Below are positions 37,502-48,264 of a stretch of 64,000 bases of DNA, in pieces. Each line of letters starts with the position of its first letter. Position 1 is the first letter of the stretch. The notes beneath the pieces are model-generated. The model was not told where the DNA came from and did not search any database. It was given only the letters and a program-made list of their open reading frames with translations. The stretch is from contig NC_091982.1 in NCBI RefSeq assembly GCF_044704955.1, forward strand, positions 54,312,001 through 54,376,000, read 5' to 3'. The translations under genes were made by a program, and so were the position numbers. The stretch comes from Pristiophorus japonicus. Lineage: Eukaryota.

Positions 37502-38958
37502 TCAAGCTGGAGCTTCTTCCATCGTCGCAATGGGGTCGTCGGCTTTGGGTGGTGGGTACCGCGCCTGTACCTCTGCTCGGTTGAACTTTACCTCCTTATG
37601 GTTGTGATGAGCGGCCTGTGCCTCAGGGATCTGCAAATGAATCTGCACATCGATGTCTGGTTCAGCTGGAAAAGGGGGTTTGCTTGGCTTTCGGGAAAGG
37701 GAAGCCTCATTCGCCGGAGAGAGTACACAGAGGTCTTCCCAGTTCCATCGAATCTTCCCCATCCACCTCCTACCAAGCAGCATTGGCCCATCATCTGAAA
37801 CAATCCACAGTGGTAATTTGTGCACTGCTCCCTCATGGAATACTCTTATGGCCGCCCTACCAATAACTGGTATCAGTTCCTTGGTATCGGTCCGCAGCTT
37901 TGCCTGAATCGGGATCAGCTCGGGTCGCTTGTCTTCATCACTCCACAGCCTCTCAAAAGCCTTCCGGCTCATGACTGATTGACTCACCCCTGTGTCTAGT
38001 TCCATGGAGACTGGAGTGCCGTTAAGTTCAACTTTTAACATTATCGGAGGGCTTTTGGTGGTGAAGGTGTGTATCCCATATTCTTCCTCTTCATCCTCAG
38101 GTTCAATTGCCTCTTCATCGTGATCCCCGCTGGATCGGTTGTCCTCCCCTGACTCTGCTATGTGGTGAGTCAGAGATGGTTTGCACATTCGCTGGAGATG
38201 CCCCATTGTTCCACAGCCCTTGCACACATAGTGCTTGAATCGACATTGATGAGCCCTATGGCTGCCCCCGCAGTGCCAACGTGGTGCTAATTGATACGCA
38301 TTCATGCCCCACGGTGGACTCTGAGTCACTCTGAGAGTGGCCTCTGCAACTGTGTGGGCCCTGCCCTGTGCCGTTCTGCCTGCTGCAAACATTATTTTGT
38401 GCATGGTGCTCGCCGGTGAGCTTCGATTCTGTGAAGATATCTGCTTCGTGTTATCGCTCGTGGATATGAAGGCTTGTGCTATCGTGATGGCCTTGCTCAG
38501 ATCTAGAGATTTGGCAGACAGCAGTTTGCGAAGGATGACCTCGTGGCCAATTCCAAGCACGAAAAAGTCCTGCAACATTTCCCCCAAGGATCCTGCAAAG
38601 TTGCACTGTCCCGCAAGGCTTCTTAGGTTGGCGACAAAACTCGCCACGTTCTGTCCCTCGGAGCGACAGTGCGTGTAAAAGCGGTACCTGGCCATTAGGA
38701 TGCTATCCTTTGGCTTGAGATGTTCCTTAGCCAGCGTACACAGCTCTGCGTAAGATTTGTCCGTTATTTTGACCGAAGCCAGCATGTTTTTTAGGAGGCC
38801 ACATATGACCCACATATGGTGAGGAGAATCGCCCTGCACTTGGCCTCTGTCTCAGCCTTGTCCAATTTGTTGGCCACAAAGTACTGGTCGAGGCACTCAA
38901 TGAAGGCTTCCCAATCATCACCCTCAACAAATTTCTCAAGAATACCAACAGCAGCCAT
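37502..38958 (-). pseudogene. gag: Gag-protease with a 5' frameshift
   Basis: ATG at 38958 (MAAVGILEKF); ORF 37502-38839 has CKGCGTMGHLQRMC and MELDTGV. Confidence 0.8.
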
Positions 38959-39601
38959 TACCGCGTGAAAGTTCGTGATCCGTTACTCGTCGCCAATTTG
39001 TTATGTTCAGAATAAATCCACAGGACTGTTGCAAGCTCAAACTGTTGTGACCTTGGTCTCTTTATTTCAGACTCTAGAGTGAGGAAGCAGCATGGTGAAT
39101 CACCTTTTATACTTGCTTGCCCCAGGGTGCACAGATGATCCTTAGGTCTCCCACAGGTGTGCCCCCTGGTGGAAAGTCTTACATTTGGGTAAGGTCTACA
39201 TACATACATAACAGAAAGAAAGAAAGAAAGAAAGAAGGACTTGCATTTATATTAGCCAGGACACCGGGGATAACTCCCCTGCACTTCTTCAAAATCGTGC
39301 CATGGGATCTTTTACATCCACCTGAGAGAGCAGAGGGTACCTTGGCTTAACATTTCAGTTGTGGTGGGATTTGAACTCAGGTTTCTAGATTATTAGTCCC
39401 GGCCTCTGGAATTCTAATCCAGTAACATAACCACTATGCTACAGTACCCCCATCACTTACTCCTGTTCCTATGTTGTAAATTGTGCGAGGTCAACAAAGT
39501 TTAACGCTTTACACAAGAAATATTAATCATATTCGGTTAATGTCAGCACAATTAATCAAACCAAGAGTTCTTTACACAGATTCAATATGGTAAAATAGCA
39601 T

Positions 39602-42600
39602 TGTTATGTATGGAGAAAGAGTCAGACTGAACACTGTGAGCTCAAAGTAATGTGTGACCATAATCTTTTATTGCAGGTCTCCAGAGGGCCTCTCCAACCT
39701 GTGAGGCCTCCTTAAATACCTGTGTTCCCAAGGGATTATGGGATCCCTTGGGACTCCAGGGGATGAGCCCTCTGGTGGCTGTACAGAGGAAATAAAAGTT
39801 TACATATGTAACAAAACCCCCGCCCCCCCGCAAATCAATAGTGTAACTATTTACAATGTGAGTCGATCTGGGGCCCTTCTTGCCCTGGTTGATCATCTCA
39901 GTATGAAAGCTGGTGTTGTTGAATCATTTGTTGGGCCCTTGCTGGGCTGCTGTTCAGCTGGCCTTGCTGGGCTCCCTGGTGTGTTGGGTCCTGCAGGGCT
40001 GTTGTGGATGATGGGTTCTGCTTCGTGGTCAACCGTGGTGCCGGTTGCCACTGGTGTGTATTTTGGGGGATCAAAAAATGTAGGATCCAAGGTGGGTTGC
40101 TCAGGATAGTCCTTGAATCTGAGTTTGATTTGGTCCAAGTGTTTCCAGTGAATGAGTCCATTTGAAAGTTTGACCCGAAACACCCTGCTCCCCTCTTTGG
40201 CCACGACAGTGCCGGGAAGCCACATGGGACCTTGTCCATAATTCAATACAAATACAGGATCATTGATTTCAGTTTCGCGTGACACATTTGCGCTATCATG
40301 GTATGTACTTTGTTGAAACCGCCTGCTCTCTACCTGTTCATGTCGACCAGGGTGAACGAACGAGAGCCTTGTCTTAAATGCTCTTTTCATGAGCAGTTCC
40401 CACGTGGGCAAGTGGGGTCTCGTGCGGTAGCTAAGCAGGACTTGGGATAGACGAGTCTGCAGTGAGCCTTCAGTTACCCTCTTCAAGCCTTGCTTGATGG
40501 TTTGCACTGCTCTCTCTGCCTGACCATTGGACGCTGGTTTAAACGGGGCAGATGTGACATGATTGATCCCGTTACGGGTCATGAATTCTTTGAACTCAGC
40601 ACTGGTAAAACATGGCCCATTGTCGCTCACCAGGACATTGGGTAGGCCGTGTGTGGCAAAGATGGTCAGCAGGCTTTCAGTAGTGGCAGCGGACATGCTA
40701 GCCGACATTATCTCACATTCAATCCACTTGGAATATGCGTCTAGAACCACAAGAAACAGGTTACCCAAGAACGGGCCTGCATAGTCGACGTGTACCCTAG
40801 ACCACGGTTTGGAGGGCCAAGACCATAAACTTAGCACCGCCTCTCTGGGTACTAGCATGAGATGCATTGTCATATGGCATCGGGTGTGTATTGCAACAAG
40901 CTAATGATTTTGGGAAACTAACTTTCTCAATCATGCTGTAGGCTCTCTCAGCCTTAAACAGACTCCTGGATGCAGAAGCAACCGGTTGCAGTTTCCCAAA
41001 ATCATTAGCTTGTTGCAATACACACACGACACCAGATGACGATGCATCACATGCTAGTACCAAATGCTTACATGGATCATACAACACAAGCAATTTGTTT
41101 GAGCATAACAATTTTCTCGCTTTTACAAAGGCATTTTCTTGGTTTTTGCCCCAAACCCATCCGACCCCTTTTCGTAATAAGACATGCAGTGGATCTAACA
41201 TTGTGCTGAGACCAGGTAAGAAGTTACCAAAGTAGTTCAGGAATCCCAGAAACGACCGCAGCTCCGTCACGTTCTCTGGCTTCGGTGCATTCTCGATTGC
41301 CTCCGTCTTCGCGTTGGTGGGTCTGATGCCATCCGCTGCAATCCTCCTTCCCAGAAACTCCACTTCAGGCACCAGGAAAACGCACTTCAAGCGTTTTAAC
41401 CTGAGCCTTTCGCAGTTGAGTCGACTAAGAACCATCTCCAGGTTCTGCAGATACTCGACTGTGTTCCGACTGTGACCAAGATGTCGTCCTGAAAGACCAC
41501 GATGTATGGGACCGACTTCAGTAAGCTTTCCATGTTTCTCTGGAATATCGCCGCCGCTGATCGAATTCCAAACAGGCATCTGCTATAAATAAAAAGACCT
41601 TTGTGCATGTTGATGCAAGTGAGGCTCTTCGATGATTCCTCCAGTTCCTGAGTTATGTAGGCTTAAGTCAGATCCAGCTTTGTGAATGTCTTTCCTCCCA
41701 CCAGCATTGCAAAGAGGTTGTTGGCCTTTGGTAGTGGGTATTGGTCCTGCAGGGAGAAACAATTAATAGTTACTTTGTAATCGCCACAGATTCTGATGGT
41801 GCCGTCTCCCTTGAGGACAGGAACGATCGGGCTGGCCCACTCATTGAACTCGATCGGTGAAATGATGCCCACTTGTTGCAGCCAGTCTAGCTCGATCTCT
41901 ACCCTTTCTCTCATCATGTACGTTACTATTCTCGCCTTGTGATGGATGGGTTACGCCCCTGGAATTAGGTGGATCTTCACTTTTCCCGATGCCTGGTTCG
42001 AACAGCGAAGGGAACTTGTTTAAGACCTGGGCACACGAAGTGTCGTCAGCGGGCGATAGCACTCGGACATCGTCCCAGTTCCAGCGTATCTTTCCCAGCC
42101 AGCTCCTGCCGAGCAGCGTGGGACCATCGCCCGGTACCACCCAGAGTGATAGCTTGTGTGCTGCTCCATCGTAGGAGACTTTTACAGTAGCACTGCCGAT
42201 TACGGGAATCAGGTCTTTTGTGTAAGTTCTTAGTTCCGTATGAATTGGGGTTAAGACTGACCTTGAGGCCTTGTTGCACCACAATCTTTCGATAGTCTTT
42301 TTGCCCATGATGGACTGGCTCATGCCCGTGTCCAGTTCTCTTGACACCGGGAGTCCATTTAGTTCAACATTCAGCATTATTGGCGGACAATTCGTGGTGA
42401 ATGTGTGCAACCCATGTACCTCTGCCTCCTCGGTCTGAGGCTCTGGTTCGTCGTGATCCGCCATGGATCTGTCCTCCTCTGCAACATGGTGGTTTGCAAG
42501 TTGATAGGATTAGCAGCTCGCCTGCACATACGTTGGAGGTGTCCCATTGTTCTACAGCCCTTGCAAACATACACTTTGAATCGGCATGAATGGAAACAAT

Positions 42601-43542
42601 GATCACCCCCGCAGTGCCAACAAGATGTTAATGGCCTTGCATTCATCACCCTTGATGGTGGACTCTGAGACATCTGCGGACGTGCAGCTGCAGTATGTGT
42701 GACCTGCCCTGTATGTTGCAATTCGAAAACAACATCACTTTGCTCACAATACTTGTAGCAGCACTTGTGTGCTGAGAGATTTGCTTAGTATTGTCACTGG
42801 TGGCAATGAATGCCTGGGCTATCGCTATGGTCTTACTCAAGGTTGGGGTCTCAAAAGTTTGCGAAGTATGGTTTTGTGGCTAATGCCAAGTATGAAAAAG
42901 TCTCTGAGCATGTTTTCCAAATGTCCTTCAAGTTCGCAATGTCCTTCAAGGCGTCTTAGCTCGGCGACATAACTCGCCACTTCCTGGCCTTCAGACTTTT
43001 TGTAGGTGTAGAACTGGTACCTCGCCATCAGAACGCTTTCCTTCGAGTTCAAGTGCTCTCGGATCAGTGTGCACAAATCATCGTACGATTTCTCTGTGGG
43101 TTTCGCTAGATTGAGTAGATTCTTCATGAGGCCATACATTGGTGCCCCACAGATGGTGAGGAGGATCGCCCTTCGTTTGGCAGCGTTCTCGTCCCCATCT
43201 AGCTCATTGACCATGAAGTATTGGTTGAGTCACTCCACAAAAGTTTCCCAATCATCTCCTTCCGAGAATTTCTCAAGGATGCCCACTGCTCTCTGCATCT
43301 TTGGGTTCGCTATCTGTATCTCGTCTCCAGTTGTTATGTATGGAGAAAGAGTCAGACTGAACACTGTGAGCTCAAAGTAAAGTGTGACCTTAGTCTTTTA
43401 TTACAGGTCTCCAGAGTGCCTCTCCAACCTGTGAGGCCTCCTTAAATACCTGTGCTCCCAAGGATTATGGGATCCCTTGGGACTCCAGGGGATGAGCCCT
43501 CTGGTGGTTGTACAGAGTAAATGTAAGTTTACATATATAACA
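39602..43542 (-). mobile_element. Near full-length, degraded Mag-like Gypsy element (gag-PR-RT-partial RH-IN)
   Basis: LTRs 43332-43542 and 39602-39813, perfect TSD AGCAT, PBS TGGAGACGAG, FQDD, ACDASS.GV, integrase RVHVDYAGP / VSDNG / SNGQAER. Confidence 0.95.
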
Positions 43543-44576
43543 AGCATCACTGTGTATCTTTTTAGCCATTAAGTCGAAACTAGTTTGAGAACTTTACAAA
43601 GCAATCCAATTGAAAATCAATGGGAAACTTACAAATTTAGACAAAAGGTAACATTGAATCCCTTTAAAATGTCCATCAAATAGTTTTGAGAATCAATAAA
43701 CGTAGAGAAAAACCGTAACCTTTTGATGTTATTATTTTAGAATGGCAATTACATTTTAAAAAGCAATTGCTTTGTAAGCATTTAAAAAAAGAAGCTTTAG
43801 GCATTGTTTTGTGTCATTTATATTCTATTTAGCCAAATAAAGTATCACCACTAAAATGGTTTCTCATTCCTTGAAAAAAGGCGAGTGTCCAGAATGGAGT
43901 GGGGGGGGGGAAGCGGCGGGGGGAAGGATCCAGTTGTCGTGGTCCACGTAGGAACCAACGACATAGATAGAACTGGGAATGAGGTTCTGCTGAGAGAGTT
44001 TGAGTAGCTGGGATCCAAATTAAAAAGCAGAACCTCAAAGGTAATAATCTCTGTATTGTTACCTGAGCCACACACAAATTGACATAGGGACAAGCAGATC
44101 AGAGAGTTAAACACGTGGCTGAAAGAGTGGTGTGGGAGGAAGGGGTTTCGATTTATGGAGCACTGGCACCAGCATTGGAGAAAGAGGGAGCTGTTCCATT
44201 GGGACGGTCTCCACTTAAACAGAGCTGGGACCAGTGTCCTGACGAATCGAATAACTGGGGCTGTAGATAGGGCTTTAACCTGAAAAGGGAGAGGGGGTGA
44301 GTGATCAGGTGAGGGGAAGTTTAGAAATCTAAAGAGAAAAGTTTAGGCAATGAAGCAGTGTGGGGATTTGGGTAAAGGTAAGCAGTGTATGACAGGAAGG
44401 GACAAAGAGTTTAAAGGATATTGTGCATCAACGAATAAGATGTAAGCAGGGAATAATGATAAATGGTTAAAACTAAATGCTCCTAACCTGAATGCACGAA
44501 GCATTGGTAATAAGATAGACGAATTAGTGGCACAAATAGTGATAAATGGGTATGATTTAATAGCCATTATAGACAC

Positions 44577-44742
44577 TGTAATAACACAAGAGTCCTGTTA
44601 TTATCAACATTTTTCGGGTGTGTACCCGATCACTTTTATTCCGCCTCGGATAAGTATCAAATCCGACTTCCTCTATTGCCCGCATGATATCCGACAGTGG
44701 CGCCCTCTGGTGTCTGGTGACCCCAAGCATAAGTATATTACT
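44577..44742 (-). mobile_element. 166-bp solo LTR (25271 family)
   Basis: Sequence match; TSD GACAC/GAGAC with one mismatch inside the CR1 IAITETW codons. Confidence 0.85.
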
Positions 44743-45555
44743 GAGACATGGTTGCAAGTTGACCAGGGTTGGGAACTATATATTCCAGGGTACTTTTTGT
44801 ATCAAAAAGACAGGCAGACTGGAACTGGAGTGGGATAGCCCTGATAATAAGGATGATGTATGGACAGTAGTGGGAAAGGATCTTGGCTCAGAAGATCAGA
44901 AAATAGAATCAGTATGGGTGTGGATAAGAAATAACAAGGGGCAGAAAACAATGTTGGGAATAGTTTATAAGCCCCCTAACCATTATACCACTGGACAGAG
45001 TATTAATCAAGAAATAATAGGAGCTTGCAACAAAGGTAATACAATAATTGTGGGGGACTTTAAACTGCATATAGATTGGGCAAATCAAATTGGCAAGGGT
45101 AATCTGGAGGACGAGTTCATGGAATGCATTCGGGACAGTTTCCGAGAACAATACGTCAAGGAACCAACTAGGGAACAGGCAATTTTAGATCTTGTATTGT
45201 GTAATGAGACAGGGTTAATTAGTAATCTTATACCACAGGATCCTCTCAGGAAGAGTGATCATAATATGATAGAATTTCACACTGAGTTTGAAATTGACAT
45301 TCTTAAATCTGACACTAGAGTCTTAAACTTAAACAGTGATAAAGATGTGTGTATGAGGGATGAGTTGTATGAGGGACAATGACATGTGTATGAGAGACGA
45401 GTTGGCTAAGGTAGATTGGGAACTTAGATTAAAAGGTATGACAGTAGATTTACACATGGTAATCATTTAAAGAAATATTCCAAAATTCACAACAAATATA
45501 CATTTCATTGAGAAATTAAAAACTCCATGGGAAAAGTGATCCATCCATGGCTAAC

Positions 45556-46270
45556 TGTTGAAGAGCATTACCATAGAGCAAAGGTACCTGTGGCATAATG
45601 TTAGAATTAAATATGTGTGTAATGTTAGAATTAAATATGTGTGTATAAAATGGTGGCAGGAGAGGTATGAAGATGGCTGCCAGTGATTCAGCAAAGCACC
45701 AAGGGAATGCAGCTAGCAGAAGGGACCACATTCCTAGATACTGATAATTGCCGTTTCTCACACAACAATGCACAGAAAAAACGAGCTCAGCAGATGTCTC
45801 TAAGCAGCAGGCTTCCAGGCCCCAGACAAGATGTCCCAGTTGAATGATAGAACAATAGTACTCCTGTAACAGGATTAAGATAAAGCAACTACCCAAAGAC
45901 AGCACTCAAGGACAGTAAGATAAGTGAAGGTGGGGGGCCTGGACAATGTCACAAGACCATGAGTAACCCTTAGCAACACATGAGGAATCACGCAGCCACC
46001 TAATGTTTAGAGACCAATTCTATTGGTCTAATTGAATCTATATGTAATCTATAATCAATATGATTGGATAGTGTCCAGCCGAAATGGGCTGATGTAACTA
46101 TAGTGAACTGTTGTAAAACATATAAAAATCCATGAAATCCTTTGTTCAGTGGAGAGAGGTGCCTGGATGAACCAGTGGCTTCATCTCCCCGCCGGCGTAA
46201 TAAACTGTTTTGGTGTATGGAACCGACCCAGAGTGACGAGTGATTCTTGGAGGGAACATTCGCGCTAACA
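45556..46270 (+). promoter_or_regulatory. ERV 5' LTR
   Basis: TGTT...AACA ends, 24-bp tandem repeat at 45596-45645, TATAAAA near 46121, AATAAA near 46199. Confidence 0.9.
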
Positions 46271-46272
46271 AA

Positions 46273-46290
46273 TGGCATAGTCGGCAGGAT
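46273..46290 (+). promoter_or_regulatory. Primer-binding site, tRNA-Ser
   Basis: TGGCATAGTCGGCAGGAT, one mismatch to the complement of the tRNA-Ser 3' end; candidate splice donor G|GTGAGT at 46328. Confidence 0.85.
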
Positions 46291-46832
46291 ATTGTGGAGG
46301 CCGTTGGGACATCCCTGGAGAATCCGGGTGAGTATAAGTCCGAGTTAAAAAAAACATAGCGGGGTGCTGGAGGTGAACGCACAGGTTGATCGACACGGAT
46401 GGATGGTCCAGTATCTCACACATCTAGCCTGAGCCTGAATTAAGAGGACTTAATCCCACATGATGGCCAGGATCAAGTCGGTGTAAAGAACCCCCCTGAG
46501 ACCATAGGATCGTGAGACCGAGCAACACCTCCCAGACCCAATAAGGGAATTGGCAGTAGATCCCGGGGGGTAAGGGACCAGGTGGTGTCCAGAGGCCGAC
46601 GCATTATCCAATCTGTGAGAAGGGTCGGACCAACAGGCAAAACTGTGGTAGGTAGTCGTTAAGGAGGCGTAGGGCACTGCGGGAATTGCTTAAATGCGTT
46701 TTAAGAATTGTATAAGTTTGTGTAATAGCAGACTTGTGACCTGACAGTAGCGAGAGACGGTCTACAACAAGTCACGCTGGGTAAAAGCGGACCTCTGAGA
46801 GTAAGATTCCTAACGAGCTAATCATACCCAAT

Positions 46833-48264
46833 ATGGCCAATGTAACAACAGAACTCAAGTGGGGGCCCGAAGGGTCCCTTACTTGCCACCTGGAGGAGAA
46901 ACAGACAAAGATGATAAATTGAATGATTGCATCAGGTTGGAAACCCCACGACTCGCCGGAAGAACAGCGAGAGTGGTGGAAACAGGAAAGGAAAGATAAA
47001 GACAAAAAAGCCTTGGTCCTGATCCTCTGGGCCCATGTAATACTGACAGGAAAAGTAAACCAATATATAAAAAACAAAAGGGAGCAGGTGAAGGTCATGT
47101 CCGGGTGAACTGTCTTGCCAACCCGAACAAAGGGCGCAGACGCACCACCTAGTGAGGAGGACATTGATTGGGGACTCCCAGACGAGGGGATGAATGGGTA
47201 TGATTGGGGCGAAGGAGATGCCCTGCCCCCTCCATAGGCCCTGACGTACCCAGCCAAAGCAGCCCCGATAAAACTAGAATATATACCAGGGATCCCAGTG
47301 CGACGCCCCGGGAAAGGAGGACCGGGACGAGCCGCTCGATCCCCGCAAGTAAAAATGACATACATCTCCCAATCTCCCGGGGATACAATGCAGCTGCTAG
47401 ACAAATTACTCGTCCTGCTACCCCGAAGTAGCAATGCAGTTTTCTGGCAAAATATTAAGGAAATGCGCATTTTCCACCAACTACACAGCCGGGACATAGC
47501 GGGATCAGTTAGAACCAAGATGCCCGAAAACTACTGGGCATGCTACCCGCAGCTTATAGGGACGGGATTTGGTGTGAGGACCTGTCCACTGACCAGCAAC
47601 AGTAGGAAACAGACATGGCAGCATTTAAAATAGAAGTTACAACAGCTTTAGGGCATGTCCCCGTGAATTGGAATTCGATAGTAGGAGTAACCCAAAAGGA
47701 AGGCGAAGGAGCACAGGAATATGGAACTAGGAAATTTGAAGCCTTCTTAGCACATAGTGGAGTACCAAATGTAGATAGGCAGAACCCGGCTTTCATACAG
47801 CTGTATAAAGACGGGTTAAGCCCTGCACACCAAATCATACTGAAAACAGGGCGAGTAGCATTTAATAATTCTGACGATCTGGAAAACTGGGCCACTGCGG
47901 TGGATAATCAGCAGAAATCTAATGTTGCAGCCAACACTACAGAAACCTATGTAGCAGCTGCCACAAAGGCACCGGAGGTGTGTTTTAATTGCAAAAAAAC
48001 GGGACACCTCTTGCGGAGTGCCGTGTAGAATATAAAGCCCCAAAGTGGGAGACTCACAAAAAGTGTCAGAACTGTAGTAAAATGGGACATAAGATGAAGG
48101 ATTGTTGGGCAGAGGGAGGCGGACGGGAGGGACAGGGACCCTACCCGGTACGAAGAAAGAAACAGGTATCTGATGAGAAAACGGTAGACGCAAGTAAACT
48201 GGGGAGCCAGCAGCTGTTGGACATTATACGGCAGCTAACCCGGCAACAGACACGGCCCCAATGA
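46833..48264 (+). pseudogene. gag: ERV gag with stops and frameshifts
   Basis: MANVTTELKW start, capsid-like VNWNSIVGVTQKEGE...FLAHSG, two CCHC knuckles (CFNCKKTGH, CQNCSKMGHKMKDC). Confidence 0.8.

Larger units (their letters stand above)
35485..39213 (-). mobile_element. Non-autonomous Mag-like Gypsy element: gag-PR plus vestigial pol
   Basis: LTRs 38999-39213 and 35485-35701, PBS TGGCGACGAG (tRNA-Ser GCT type), PPT at 35702-35720; RT catalytic core absent. Confidence 0.9.

Noticed and set aside
46772-47518. 248-aa antisense ORF in ERV gag
   Set aside because: No motif or compositional support; likely a shadow of the gag frame
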